DNA of 64,000 nucleotides from NCBI GenBank assembly GCA_043228905.1, contig JBHGNT010000008.1:11532001-11596000 (forward strand), read 5' to 3'. Origin of the DNA: Azolla caroliniana (lineage: Eukaryota > Plantae > Polypodiophyta). The translations under genes and the position numbers were made by a program. The notes beneath the pieces are model-generated. The model ran no database searches and was not told the origin of the DNA. It saw only the letters and a list, made by a program, of their open reading frames with translations. This document shows positions 10,770 through 24,280 of this stretch, in pieces (the first letter of the stretch is position 1; each line of letters opens with the position of its first letter).

Positions 10770-13700
10770 CTAAGGCTTTATAGTGAAGATGTTTGCCGTT
10801 TGATGATTTGTGCTAATGTGTTGTAGGTTGACATCGCCAACTAGAACGTGCTCTCGGATGAAGTGATAGTGCACTTCGATGTGCTTTGTCTGCGCGTGGA
10901 ACACTGGGTTCCGAGCCAGATAGATACTGCTCATGTTGTCATAGTAAAGGGAAGTCGGATCCTCGATGGGTACGCCCAGATCCTTGAGTATCCTTTTGAG
11001 CCATACGACTTCACATGCGGCCACTGCTGCGCCCCTGTATTCAACCTCTGTGCTCGAAAGAGGGACGATTGGTTGCTTTTTGCTGCAACAGGATATTGCT
11101 CCGCTGCCGAGGGAAAAAACAAATCCGGAGGTTGATGTTCTATCGGCTTTGTAGCCGGCCCAATCGGCGCCTGTGTACCCCTCGAGTCGTATTGGCATCG
11201 CGGTCTTGCAATGCATTGTGCCACTCACGTATCGTAGAACTCGCTTAGCGCAATCCAAGTGAATATCACCGGATGTTTGCATGAATTGACTAAGGAGACC
11301 GACCGGATAATTGAGATCGGGTCGAGTGATCGTGAGGTAGATGAGACTCTCGATGAGTTGCCAATACTGAGTCGGCTTACACGCTTTGGTGCTGGAGTTC
11401 GCATCTAGTTTGAGATTGTGATCGAGCGGGGTTGCCGCAGATTTGCACTCAACCATACTGAACTTGTATAACAAGTTGAGGATGTATTGCCGTTGAGAGA
11501 TCATTGATTCCGGCCGGAGTCCGAATTACTTCGATGCCGAGGAAGTAGTGGAGCTCCTTCATGTCCGTCATCTCAAACTTGTCGGAAAGGAGGGATTTGA
11601 CCTTATTGATTTCGATGAGATGCTCACCTCCAATGAGTAGGTCATCCACATATAAGATGATGATGATCGGACTTGTGGAATTGCTTCGTATGTAGAGGGA
11701 GTTGTCTGATTTGGACGTACGGAAGTTGATTTGATGAAGATATTGCGTTATCTTCAAATGCCAAGCACACGGTGCTTGCTTGAGGCCGTAGAGTGGCTTC
11801 TTGAGTCGACATACAACTTTCGGATGGGTGCTCGAGTTGAAGCCGGGTGGTTGTATCATGTACACCTCCTCTTCTAATTCGCCTTGTAGAAAGGCGTTCT
11901 TGAAGTCCATTTTGATGGAGGTGCCACCCTTTTGCCGTGACAAGCGCAATTACGGTCTGTACTGTCGTGTCATCTTTGCACCGAGGCAAAGGTCTCCTCA
12001 TAGTCAACTTCGTGCATTTGGGCGTAGCCTTTCGCTACGAGTCACGCTTTGTAGCGGTTGACGGAACCGTCGACGTTGTACTTCACTTTGTAAATCCATC
12101 TTCATCCGATCGCCTTTCTGTGTGGTGAGGTGGGAACGAGATCCCATGTCTCGTTCTTGCGTAGTGCCTACATCTCTTCATTCATGGCTTCGATCCATCG
12201 CGAATCCTTGGCTGCTTCGGAAAATGTTTCCGGCTCACGTACTGTCGCCACCTTCATCACAAAGGCATAGTGATATGCCATGTAGTCGTTGTAGCCGAAT
12301 CGGCTGACTGGATTCTTTTCACGGGCGGAGCGACGGAGCTTTTCATTTGCAGAGATGAGGGCTTTCTTAGCTTTGATTGGTACATCGAAGCTGCTGAACT
12401 CACTGTCGAGTGAGTGAGTCGACTCATCGTCGTCGAAGCGATTGTCTTCATATTCCATCATTTTCGCCTTGCCTTTGTCCATCTTCGGGCTAGGCCATGA
12501 TGTGCTTTGATTGCTCTGGGGCTCTTGTGGCCCACTTAGTCTTGTGGTAATCGGGCTATCTTTGAACATGTCTTCGAGGCGATCTCCACCTTCTCGCTCT
12601 TGTTCGGCCGGTTTCGCGTCGATCGGGGTCGAAGTTTGAATCTTCTCTGGTGCGTACTAGGATGCGGATTCGTCGAACACGACATCTCGACTAACTCGAA
12701 CTTTTTGGGTAGATGGGTTGTAGCATTTGTACCCCTTTTATTTGAGTGAGTATCCTACAATGATACATTTCTCCGACTCTGGATCTATCTTTTGCAGCTT
12801 TTCGTTCGGTATGTGCACGTATGCTATCGCGCCGAATATCCGGGTGTGCGATAAGCCCGGCTTCTTTCCAAAGTATTTTTCGTGCAGAGTGACCTCTTGC
12901 ACTCCGGATGTTGTGCACCGGTTCATTAGGTAGACGGCCATATTTGTAGCTTCGGTCCAATATGGGTTGGGCATATGCTTCTCATTCATCATGGCCCACG
13001 CTACTTCGAGGATGTGCCAATTTTTGTGGTCGGCTACTCCGTTTTGTTGCGGAGTGTGTCGGCAAGTGAATTCTCGCCGAATTCCTTCCTTTCGGAGATA
13101 CGCCGTGAAATTGTCCGAGAAGTACTCCTTGCCACCATCCGATCGAAGGCATCGTACATGACGACCAATGGCTTTTTCGACTTCGTTTTTAAACCTTTGG
13201 AAGTGTCCGAACACTTCACTCTTTTGCCGCATCAGTTAGGGCCACGTGTGCCTGGAGAAGTCATTGATGAAGAGCACGTAATATCGGCATCCACCGAATG
13301 TAACCGTTTGCGCCGGTCCCCATACGTCGGAATTGACAACGTCAAGTAGACCTTTGCTCACGTTCCACTCTTTTGGGAATGGGTGTCAGTGTTGCTTGCC
13401 GAATTGGCACACTTCGCATACACCTTCAATCTCCTTCTCTTTGAATTTCGGGAGTCTAATGATGACTCCTTTCGATTTCATTGCTTTGAGTTTGTTGAGA
13501 TTGATGTGGTCGATTCGCTTGTGCCATAGCTCTATGTCGGAGTCGGCTTTCGTGCTTTTTGCAAACATGGAAGATTTCATCTCATGTGAATCTCGAATGA
13601 ACATCCGGCCCTCTCTTCTTCCGCACGCGATGATTCGGCCCTCTTTTTTGATGAAGCACCCTTCTTGGTCGAATCGTACTTGCATCCCTTGCTCAACCAT

Positions 13701-14865
13701 TTGGCTGACCGAGACCAAGTTCTTCGTGATGGTGGGAACATGCAAGACATTTTTTAATGTATGTTTGCTTGCCTCTTTCGCCGAAAGGAACATTGCCGAT
13801 GTGCCGAATCGGGTGTGTAGTGTCATCTCTGGTTTCGACATAACCGGGTCGCTCCGGCTCTCAAAGTTCGAGAAACCATTCTTTATGAGATGTCATATGG
13901 TTTGAGGCTCCGGAGCCAACAAACCATACTTCCTCCGGATTGAGGGCACTAGTTGAGGTAGAGACCGACATAGAGTTTGCTCTATGTTTCATCATGAACA
14001 TTCCTCCACGGTCGGAGTTGTGTGCATACATTCCGCCACGATCTTCGTAGTTGGAGTTGTGCCCGTACATTCCGGTATACTCTTCGTAGTCGGAATTGTG
14101 CGCGTAATTCGTGAGTCGTTGGCTTGTGGAAGCTGATTCGCGCATCTTCTTTCGACACTCTTCTTCGTGGTGGCTGAGCTTTCCGCAATATCCGCATTCG
14201 GTTGCGTTTTGACGGCTCAGGCCGGAGTGGAAGCTCCCCCTTCTTGCAAAGGTTCCTCGTTGGCTTCCGTTTTGCGGGCGAAATTGGGAGTTGTTGTCGT
14301 AGGTCTGACCTCGTCCGCCTTATCCTTGGCCAAATCGACCTCTTGCTCGTCCGCGTCCTCTTCCTCCGTTCAAGTGCATGTAGAGCATGTGTCCTTCCGA
14401 CTCATTGCTCCTTGTACGCACGTGGTTTTCTTCGACCAATAGCATTTATTGGAGCTCAAAGAAGGAGGGAGATTTCTCCCTTGTTAGAATGGCGGTTCAC
14501 ATCGCGCCGAACTGTGGTTCGAGGCCGCCGAGGCATATTTGCACCATCTCATCATCATCGATATTTATGCTTATCGAGCCCAGCAAGTCGCAAAGGTCCT
14601 TGATCTTCAAGGTGTAGCCGAGCATCTTGGCTTCTTGAATGTAGCCGAGCATGTGATCGTGAACACATGTCGCCAAGCAATACATCACGCGGCTTGCGGC
14701 TTGCTCCCATGTCGCGTATCCGGGAACCATTTCGACGGGTCAGTCTTCGTGTGCTCCTTTGATGTAGCTCCAATAGCCTTGTCCAACAAGGTATTGGTGC
14801 ATCTTGTACTCCCAAGATGCAAAGTTGTTTCGATCCAACTTCTCGGTAGGGAGAGCGCTACCCAT
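10770..14865 (-). pseudogene. Copia gag-pol of element B, frameshifted
   Basis: MGSALPTEKLDRNNFASW, WFVGSGASNHM, LWHKRIDH..CEVC, RSDGGKEY, LYVDDL and KHIEVHYHF occur in changing frames. Confidence 0.92.
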
Positions 14866-15027
14866 TTGAGTATTCATTATGTCGATTCTTCTTCTTCTTC
14901 TTCTTCTCTCTTCAAATGCGATCTATGTAGCGAAGCTACGATGGTGATGAACTAGTTCTTGGTCGTCACCGTAGGACATAGCGCACGTGGATGGGCTAGA
15001 TCGAGCTACCAAGTCGCTCTGATAACA

Positions 15028-15418
15028 TGTAAAGAATCAAGAAATGGATTCTGTGCAACGGAATAGATATGAATTGTGTGTGTGTATGAGAGAGAGAGAG
15101 GGAGTGAGAGAGACACGGAGTAAGACACAAGAAATACACAAGGTAAAGTATATTAACAAAGGAGAAAAACTCAACATTATACAAGGTGGGAGGAGGATGC
15201 TTTATATAGTCACCCTCTCTCTTCATTAACTACAAGACTCATGGAGCATGGGGAATGTGAAAGCTCATAAGTTATGTGTCATAGAATATGATTCTATGAT
15301 TCATACTAAATGCTAGAATACAAAGTGGTGACATAATGGTGACTCTTGACCGTTGGAGTGTCTATTCACTGTCAAGGTGAGTTCACACACTAGACCAAGT
15401 TGAGCTTGATTCTCAACA
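15028..15418 (-). repeat. 5' LTR of element B
   Basis: TGT...AACA. Matches 4658-4769 plus 10266-10503. Confidence 0.92.
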
Positions 15419-15521
15419 GGTATCAAAGCGCGAGGGTTGAGAATCCTCTCCTACCGACAAAAAGAGCTTAGACAAACCTAGACCTAGCCTCCAGTAAAGA
15501 ACATGAAGAAAGAAGGAAAGG

Positions 15522-18329
15522 ATGGACAGAAGCATGGCAAGCTCGCTTCCTACAAAAAAGCTCGATCGAAGCAAGTACGCATCTTGGTCGTACAAGATGC
15601 ATGACTACGGGAGTTACGTAGAAGGAGCAAACAAAGTAGCGCCGGAGCCCGCACACAAGGACTTTCCGGCTTGGGAACAAGCAGTAAGCAGAGTGTTGTA
15701 CTGCCTCGCGTCCTGTGTGCATAATCAAATGCTCGGCTACATCAAAGATGTGAAAACGCTAAAGGAAGCCTGGGAAAATCTCAAAAGGATTTTTGCCGCC
15801 ACTACCACGGCCCGGATGTTGCAGCTCCAGGAAGAGCTCAATAACATCCAGTAAAGGGACATGTCGGCCACCGACTACAACACTAAGATCAAGGAGATTT
15901 TTGACACACTAGGGTCCATCAATGTGATGGTGGACAAAGACAAGATAGTGCAGATCTGCCTCGGTGGTCTAGCGCATAGGTACGGGACAATCCAGACCAC
16001 CTGGGAGACGCCACAGTCCTTCGATTTGCAATCGATGCTGATGGTCGAAGAAAAACACGCGAGTGAATCGAGAACCACTTAATGGGATAACTTGATGTTG
16101 TACATGGAGGTGGATCGACCCCATGGGCATGAAGGATGAGGTGTATCGGCATGCAACGGAGGTTGCCAACAAGAGTGGGAAAGGAGGCCCAGAGGTGGTG
16201 CCAATATCAGTTCCAGACCCTCCACAAGTAGGAGGAGTCAAGGCGGCACCGGAAATCGGAAAGAAAAAGTCGACATGGACTATTGGTATTGTGGCTACAG
16301 GGGCCACATGGAGAGTGAGTGCTGGAAGAAGCGTGCCGATTCGGCCAAATCAGGATCTGGCAAAGCCGAACACGGAAGTCGGCAGAAATCACACTAAACC
16401 CGATATGATTGAGGAAGAAGAAGAAGAAGAAGAAGATATAGGTACTCTGGAAGAGAGTCAGATCTCATTCTGGCTGAGTGGGCTGAATGAGGGATTGAGT
16501 TGGATTGATCAGTTGAATGAAGAGTCGGCAATTGGTTAGGACTCGGTCGTGCCCTGTGCAAGGAACCGAGGAGACGGTTCATGCGTAAAGAGAAGGGGAA
16601 GAAGAAGATGCTGGAATATGGCACCCTAGAAAAGAACGAAGATGAACCTTTGAAAACGAAGTCTAAGTTGGCCAAGAGGGCCCTCAAATCGGCGAACCAA
16701 AACCTACGCCGATCTACCCACTAGAAGAACCTTGTGATGAGGTACTGATATCATGAGTACATGGTGCATCACTATGCATACATGATGAAAGTGGTGGAAG
16801 TGCGTGAGCTTGAGAGCTACAAAGAAGTGGCAAAGCACACGAATTGGCGTGTCACAATGGAGGAAGAAATGCAGGCACTTGATGCCAATGATACTTGCGA
16901 CCTAGTCGACCCTCCCCGACACTGCAAACCGATGCGCTGCAAATGGGTACACAAGGTAAAGTATAATGTTGGCGGTTTGGTCAAATGGTACAAGGCCCAA
17001 TTAGTGGTTGAGGGATATCCACAGACCCACGAAATTAACTATGACGAGACCTTTGCACCAGTAGCGAAGATGACTACAGTTCGTGTGGTGCTAGTAGTCG
17101 CAATAGCGAGGGGTGGCATCTCCACCAAATGGATGTGAATAATGTTTTTTTTCAAGAAGATCTTGAAGAACAAGTGTATATGGTCTAGCCCCCCAGATTT
17201 TAGTTGGAGATGAACAGGTCGGCGGTGTGCCGATTCAAGAAGTCACTTTACAGCTTGAAGCAAGGCCTTGTGCTTGGAATGTGAAGATCACACACCGGTT
17301 GCGTAAGATGGGGTTTGCGGCCTCCAAGTTCGACTCTTCATTGTTCATCTAGAATGGTCCAAAAGGTCTGGTGTGTGTCTTACTCTACGTCGACGACTTG
17401 GTCGTCACCGGACCTGACCTCGTTGAAATCGACCGCATCAAGTCCCAACTGTCGGGAGCATTTGAGGTCAAGGACTTGGGGAATCTTCACTACTTCCTCG
17501 GGATCGAAGTGATCCACACCCCTGATGGCATATTTTTGTCTCAACAACACTATGTTTTGAATATTTTGTTCAAGTTCGGCATGACCGATTCCCGACTAGT
17601 GTCAACACCCCTTGACCGGAATCTAAAGTTACATCCCAACTCCGGAACGACTTGCGATGAGAAACGGTTCTGATAGATTGTGGGAAGCCTCATATACCTG
17701 ATTATCACTCGACCCGACATTAGTTATCCAGTCGGAGTGATCAACCAATTCATGCAGTGACCGATCGTTGAGCACCTTCAATGCGTGTATCGAGTATTGT
17801 GATACGTGAGCGGCATTAAGGATCGGGGGTTATTGTATCGACATGGTATAACTGAAAAGTTAGTTGGTTATACAAATGCAGATTGGGCTGGTGATGTGTT
17901 GGATCGTCACTCAACAACCAACTTCATGATTTCTTTCGGGAACGTGGTTGTTGTGTGGAGCAACAAGAAGCAGTCGACAGTGGCTCTATCAAGCACTAAG
18001 GCTTAATACTGAGAAGCTACCGTCACGACTTCTAAAGCCATATAGCTTCGAAGGTTGCTGCATGACCTCTGGATCGAAGTGCTGACTCTGATCCCGATCT
18101 ACTATGACAACATAAGTAGCATGAAACTCCCTAAGACCCCCATGTTCCATGCTCGCACAAAGCACATCGAAGTGCATTATCAGTTTGTGTGCGAGTGGGT
18201 CCTGAGCGATGAAGTCAAACTCCGATATGTTTGAACCTATCAACAAATTGCCGATATCTTCACCAAGCCATGCGGATCGGACAAGTTGCAACACTTTTCG
18301 GAGATGCTTGGGCTATAGCATGTCGACGT
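15522..18329 (+). pseudogene. Copia element C internal region: gag and RT-RH, with protease and integrase deleted
   Basis: MASSLPTKKLDRSKYASWSYKMH, then a zinc knuckle near 16285, then a direct jump to the pre-RT linker, YDETFAPVAK, LYVDDL and KHIEVHY. Same family as 40816-46528. Confidence 0.88.
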
Positions 18330-18528
18330 TGTCGTACCTTTTGGTGCCGGATCGTTGCGTGAGTCGGCTAGGAACTGCTGGGGTTTTGGACTAGGGGGAG
18401 GAAGAATTTGAGACGAGTTTAGTTATGAATAGATAATAAGAAAGAGAGATAGAAATTCATGAATGCCACGAATATAGTTTTTTAGTTTTATTAATATTTA
18501 ACCTTAATTGTACTGTGGAATAGATTGG

Positions 18529-19109
18529 TGTGGAGAATAACCTGGAACACTGCTCAGCCACAACCGAGTCTTAGATTACTTCTTTTAAGGATCAAACACA
18601 TAAATGGGAATAGAGATGAAGACTCGTACACCAAAAGAAAGTACACAAGATGTTTATGTGGAAAATCCTGAATGGGAAAAACCAGGGGAGCCCACAGACT
18701 CCAACTATCACTATATGAGAACGGTACAAGCAGAGACTCGAAGGCAGCTACCTCGAGCTCTGTATCTTCGCCATGCGGCAGTTACCACAGAGTATCGCTC
18801 TATATCTTGCTCTCTCTCTCTTCCTCTCTCTCTCTCTATACAACAGTTATGCACATACAACAATATGATAACACATTGACTTCTCATCATCACTAAAGTG
18901 ATTGCCCTAAGTCATATTTATACTTATAAGAACTTCGGACTATCTACAAATATAGCCTCACTAGGCTTACTCAAAACATATTTACAAATATGTCTTCTCC
19001 TCTGGTTCTCACCAGGTCCATCCGATCTGGTTTTCGGATCTCTTTCGGTTCTCACTGGGGCCTCTTCATTCATAACCGGATCCCATCCGGAGGGACCGAC
19101 TTCCCAACA
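18529..19109 (-). repeat. Solo LTR of Tnt1-like family, TSD ATTGG
   Basis: ATTGG at 18524-18528 and 19110-19114. The reverse complement begins TGTTGGGAAGTCGGTCCCTCCGGATGGGA, like the LTR at 4770. Confidence 0.92.
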
Positions 19110-21213
19110 ATTGGAATTGATAGGAATAGATTGGAAAAGTTAGGAATAGATTGGTAAAGAGAGATCAAAAACCTCATGAATCCCACGAGTATTATATTAA
19201 TCAATATTTAGACCCTAATAATCACCCCATAATTTATTATTATTATTATTGTTTCCCTTATTACATTGTGCTCCCCATCCTTATATAGTGATGAGACAGT
19301 CTTAGTAATCCATGCTTTTTCTCTAACTATCAACTCCATTCTTTTTCTATCAATAGACTATATGCTTTCTCTAACATGCCTTTTCTAAAAGTGTTCATGC
19401 GTTTTTTATGAACTATAGTGTTCATGCATGCTAGATGTGCATGTGTGCCTTTTTCTTTTATAATGCGTTTTCTTCTAACTGAAGCTTTTTTATCTAGAAA
19501 ATATACGTGAAATACCTTTCTATGTGGGATATCTACTTTTAACACGTATGATGTGTTAGTATAATGGTAAGGCTTTATATTATAAACATGAAGGTACAAG
19601 GTTCTAATCTTGCCCTATGCATGTGATATATATTTTTATATTTTCTTCTATTTCGTCATATTTATTGAATCTAACACTATATATGTTTTTCACGTAGTGT
19701 ACGAAATACACTACGACACTCGCCCCCCTCCGAACCTGCATATCCTCCGGTATGTGCCGAAATTGCCAGTGCTCGTAATTCTCCTTTGCCGGTCCATTTT
19801 GAGCACATCCATTCTTTCCCCCCAAACCATTATCTCTATCCAATCCACCATATTCTTCGTTGACTCTTTGCATGGCCATGACTCCTTGTGCTCCTCTGAG
19901 CATAACCCTTCATGTCTCGTGCATGTGCCACCTTCGTTCCAACCATCTCCTTGGTCAAGGCACTTCGACCTATCATTTATTCTTGTTTTGTGCCTTCCTC
20001 CCTAGGTCTTTGTTCGAATATCGATGTTGACTATCCCATGTAGTCCCTTCAAGTTCATGTTGTCATGCAACCTTCACACTTGGTCCACCTTCGTCATACA
20101 ATCTCGCGTTAGAATTGACAATCTTCATGTTAGAGCCCTCTTTTGTCGAGATCTCATCCTCGGTAACATCCTTCAAATCCACTTGGCCCGCTTGGTCCTT
20201 GTCATCCGTGGTAGTGTGTTTTCTTGGCATCTTCCTTGTCTTCATCAACCTCAACGTCTTTCCGGATCAGTCTCGTCCGATCAACTTTCGGTTGGATCGG
20301 CTTTCGATCGAATTAGTATTCGGCTGAATTGTACTCGGTTGATCGGTTTCGACTGAGTTGGCCCCCTTTTCGGGTTGGGTTCGACCGATCAGATTTTGCT
20401 CAAGTTGGCTTCCGTTCAGATCGGAATACCGACCGTATCGTCATCAGGTTCTTCCATTCTTTCCTCTTTCGTGCACAATTGCCCAAATCTCCGAAATAGG
20501 TGTGGAGGAATCCCTATGTCTTTGATCAATCACAACCGCATCGTAGTCATCACTTGCATTGGCTTGGTCTTCCACTTTCTTGTTCCCACCTTCCGATTCT
20601 CCGGTCTCACGTTGCCTCTCGAATGCAACTGCCAAAGTCTCTAGAATTAGTGTTGGGAAAGTCTCACCTCGACCATCCGCCATTGACTCATCCATAGCGA
20701 CCTTCTCGACTATCTCTCCGTCACATGCATCGGCTTCAACCTTCGTTTCCTCTCTGCCACCTTCTGTCTCTTCGATGTCACGTTGGCTCTCAGATGCAAC
20801 TACCGAAGTCTCTAGAATTAGTGGGAAGGAGTCCTCGATATTACCGTCCTCCATCGAATCATCCTTAGCTACCTTCACCTCGATGTCATTATCCATGGCT
20901 ATCTCTTCAACTCCATAGGATTCATACTCTTTTCCCTCCTCGATCGTGCAAGCATTGATTATGCTGACCCCTTTATTCACTCAATGTTTCAGACACTCGT
21001 GTTCTGAAACCTTCTTCCACCCACCCTTGAAGTGATGTTCGCTACTCTCAATTCATGGGTCTTATCCTTGGTCATCGTTCTTTTGCAAGACAAGAGGGTA
21101 ACTGGTTCCACACCCTCTACCGTGGTACCATCGTATCGTAGCTTCGGTCTTCGTATCAGCCACATCGTTCATCCTTAATCGACCATCCCTCATAGACCAT
21201 GTTGGCATACTCT

Positions 21214-21700
21214 TTAGACTTCGGCCCAATCCTCGGTGAGACCATTTGCACCATCATCGTCTTCAAGTTTGATCCCAATGTCCATTATTTCCTTCCGATC
21301 GATCGACTTTACGAACATTAGGACTTTATTCTTCCCCACCAATCTTTGTTCCCGCTCTGAAAGTTGAGCAAAATGATGCTCAAACTCTAGGAATGCTTGT
21401 GTTGTGCTTCGGTAGGTCTTCTCCAATGCCACCCATTCGTCGAACTCGCGCCGATCTCGTCCCTTTGGACTCTCGTAATCATATGCCTCTCGTAAAGCTT
21501 CTTCGAATGACCCCCATGTCGGGTTTTGTTGTCGTACCTTGTGGATGCTCTCTTGCAGCACATCCATGGCCACCCGATTGAAGGATATGACTTGCAATCT
21601 TTCTAATATCCCACATCACATCATCTCTGCAAGTCATAGATAGTGTGATGCATCCTTTCTGTTGAATTGTCCGTTTCGTTGTACGAGCCGCATTACTGCT
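21214..21700 (-). pseudogene. gag-like fragment of element D
   Basis: WGSFEEALREAY...LMFVKSID...LEDDDGANGLTEDWAEV resembles KVVD...LEDEMQPNGLVADWAAV at ~60545-60640. Confidence 0.7.
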
Positions 21701-21806
21701 ACCATGATCTCCGACATCGCTCATTGTTCTTGTAGCATCCACTCGAACATCATCATCATCGTATTCATTGCCTCTTGTTGATTCTCCATCTCCTTACCAC
21801 ACGTTC

Positions 21807-21823
21807 TCATGTCGGGTTCACCA
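21807..21823 (-). promoter_or_regulatory. Primer binding site, tRNA-Trp
   Basis: The minus strand reads TGGTGAACCCGACATGA, 4 nt from the LTR end. It is complementary, with 1 mismatch, to the plant tRNA-Trp 3' end as I recall it (...UCACGUCGGGUUCACCA). Confidence 0.8.
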
Positions 21824-22290
21824 ATTGTGTCATGCCTTTCGGCGTCGGATTGTTGCATGAGTCGGGTGGGAACCGTTGGGGTTTTGGACCAGGAGGAGCA
21901 AGATGTTGAGACAAGTTTAGTTATGAATAGAGTATAAGAAAGAGAGATAGAAATTCGTGATTTCCACGAATATAGTTTTTTAGTTTTATTAATATTTAAC
22001 CCTAATTATACTTTGGAATAGATTGGAAAAGAAAGATCGAAAACCTCGTGAATCTCACGAGTATTATATTAATCAATATTTAGACCCTAATAATCACCCT
22101 ATAAATTTTTTATTCTTATTCTTTTCCCCTTATTACATTGTGCTCCCCATCCTAATATAGGGATGAGAGAGTGTTAGCAATCCATGCTTTTTCGCTAACT
22201 ATCAACTCCATGCTTTTTCTATCAATAGAATATATATATGCTTTCTCTAACATGCCTTTTCTAAAAGTGATCATGCATTTTTTATGAACG

Positions 22291-22888
22291 CTATTACTAA
22301 AAAAACTTTCTCGCAATGTTCACAACCATGTGTAGTGCTGCCCGCTTTGCAACAAGTTTGTCTATGCTCTCTACACCTTACATTAAGTCTAGGGATGACT
22401 TCATAGACTCTACAATCTCTTCTAAAACACATTGGTCCCTAGATTTAATTCTCACCATGTCTTCATTCAAACGTTCATGGTGTAACACTACATATAATAT
22501 CCCTACGATCCTCCTCACTAAATCTCTTCGTTATTTCTACCAAATAACGGTTTATGTGAAGAACCACTCGTCTCTTGGTCCTTTCAGATATACCTGAGTT
22601 ACTTGAAAACTCACTCTCGTTGGGGACAATATTTGTCACTAGAGTAGTTAATGTTATATAGACTACACTAAGAAATGTCACTCTAATGTTTTAAAATGGG
22701 GCCTGCAAATGTGAACAATCAACAGTTTCAGACATTAGAAATACGTTTCAAAAATGAAAAATAATCATTTCTTTATATCACAAATTTTTTAAAATGAAAA
22801 AATTTAGTACGAAAAATGAAAAAATAGATTTATGAGAATGAAACTATAGAATTCTGAAAATGTAAAAATTAAGAAAAGGGGCGCTTAC
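22291..22888 (-). mobile_element. Partial second copy of the Sola2-like DNA transposon (transposase N-terminal region)
   Basis: Direct diverged repeat of ~33445-34010. Its right part is an inverted repeat of 40643-40740. Confidence 0.85.
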
Positions 22889-23239
22889 TGTCACAGATAG
22901 ATCATAAGCTCAAGAGACAAGAAAGAAGATAACCAAATGGATGAATAATATTAACTGAAAGACTCTGTAACTAGTGTTGTTCACCTTGAATTTGTTCAAG
23001 ATGAACTCAACTATTTATACTACATGGCATGCATACTTGTTGCACGCATGTGAATCTACAATAGAGCATGTAGGTATGCATGCATGTGCCAAGTGTAAAT
23101 ACTACATGGGAGCAACTATGCACATGTTGCTAGCCAAAGCAATAAGGACCAATTATATACATAATTGTATACTAGATATGTTGGTTCACCAATAATACTT
23201 GCTTATAACATGGTCATGTCAAGAGTTCGAATCTTGACA
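22889..23239 (-). repeat. 3' LTR of a chromovirus
   Basis: TGTCA...TGACA termini. PPT (GGAGGGGGGATAA on the minus strand) at ~23240-23253. Homologous to 40278-40637. Confidence 0.88.
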
Positions 23240-24280
23240 TTATCCCCCCTCCTACGCCGCCTTCCCAAATCAGCCACTGGTTTGTGGGGATATCGGTGAT
23301 GAAAATCTTGGACCACCTTCGAGGCATTTTGTAAACTTTCCGATGGTTCCCACGTGGCGTCAGACATGGGGTAACCCCTCCACAAGATGAGGTATTGCAA
23401 ATGTCGACGGTGCCAACGCGAGTCAAGGATTTGGTTGACCTTGTATTCCTCCCCTATCGTCAATTGCATAGGTGGTTGTGATGGGGCCTAACGTCCTGGG
23501 AGTTGCGAAGCATAATGGGGTTTGAGGAGGGAGACATGAAAAACATCGTGAATCTGGAAGTGGGATGGATGGGCGAGCCGGAAGGCAACGAGATTGATGC
23601 ACTCGATGATACGGAATGGTCCCAACTTATTGTAATCAAGTTTTGCACATGGACGAGTAGTAGAGATGTGTTGAGAGATCAAGCTCAACTTAGTTTAGTT
23701 AGTTAGTTAGTCAACACATGTAACTTAGTAGTTACCTAGATAGAATCTAGTTAGTGTGTTGACCATAAAGCCTTAAATAGGATTTTGTACTCGAGTGGGA
23801 TACATTGTAGATCCACCATTCCATGCTCATTTAATATAGGACTTACACGTTGTACTTATATTCTCCTAGCACATGTGCACCCTTGTACATGAAACCTATA
23901 TATACCCCATTGAAGGTATTTTTGTATTTGATGATGATAATGTTAAGTTAATATACTTACTCACCCCCCATCCTGTGTTTCATAAGTGTATCTCTCTCTC
24001 TCTCTTCCTCTCACAGACATACACACATATCACTTAATCTTCCGTGCTTAACTTAATCACATAATTAGGTACTAACTAACTCTTAATTACTTACCTAATT
24101 CTTAACAAGATGTGTCAGTGTAACAACCAGACCATGTCTCCAACGACAAAGTGGGGACTGGCAGATCGATGACGATCAACCTGCTTCTTGTATCGTTCAC
24201 TAGTGAGACTACGCCCCAAGGATATATCATGATGTAGCTCTTCTAAAATGCGTGCGCGATCCTCCGTCGAAGGGTTCACA
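23240..24280 (-). pseudogene. Chromovirus integrase C-terminus with chromodomain
   Basis: VGDMVWL, KLDYNKLGPF and IHDVFHVSLLKP, then EEYKVNQILDSR...QYLILWRGYPMSDATWEP. Confidence 0.92.
23669..24107 (+). repeat. Solo LTR (Copia-like), TSD AGATG
   Basis: TGTTGAGAGATCAAGCTCAACT...TTAACA. AGATG at 23664-23668 and 24108-24112. Confidence 0.9.

Larger units (their letters stand above)
4658..15418 (-). mobile_element. Copia element B, full length but decayed, TSD GGTAT
   Basis: 5' LTR 15028-15418 and 3' LTR 4658-10503 (interrupted by 4770-10260). GGTAT at 4653-4657 and 15419-15423. Mutated iMet PBS at 15016-15027. PPT at 10504-10518. Confidence 0.95.
18330..22289 (-). mobile_element. Non-autonomous Gypsy-type element D (decayed gag only, tRNA-Trp PBS)
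   Basis: 3' LTR 18330-19718 (TGTCGTA...TACGACA) and truncated 5' LTR 21828-22289. PBS at 21807-21823, PPT at 19719-19735. The 2.1-kb internal region has no pol. Confidence 0.82.

Noticed and set aside
23203-23469. Host chromodomain gene
   Set aside because: It is continuous with integrase C-terminal motifs and followed by a PPT and LTR, so it is part of a chromovirus.
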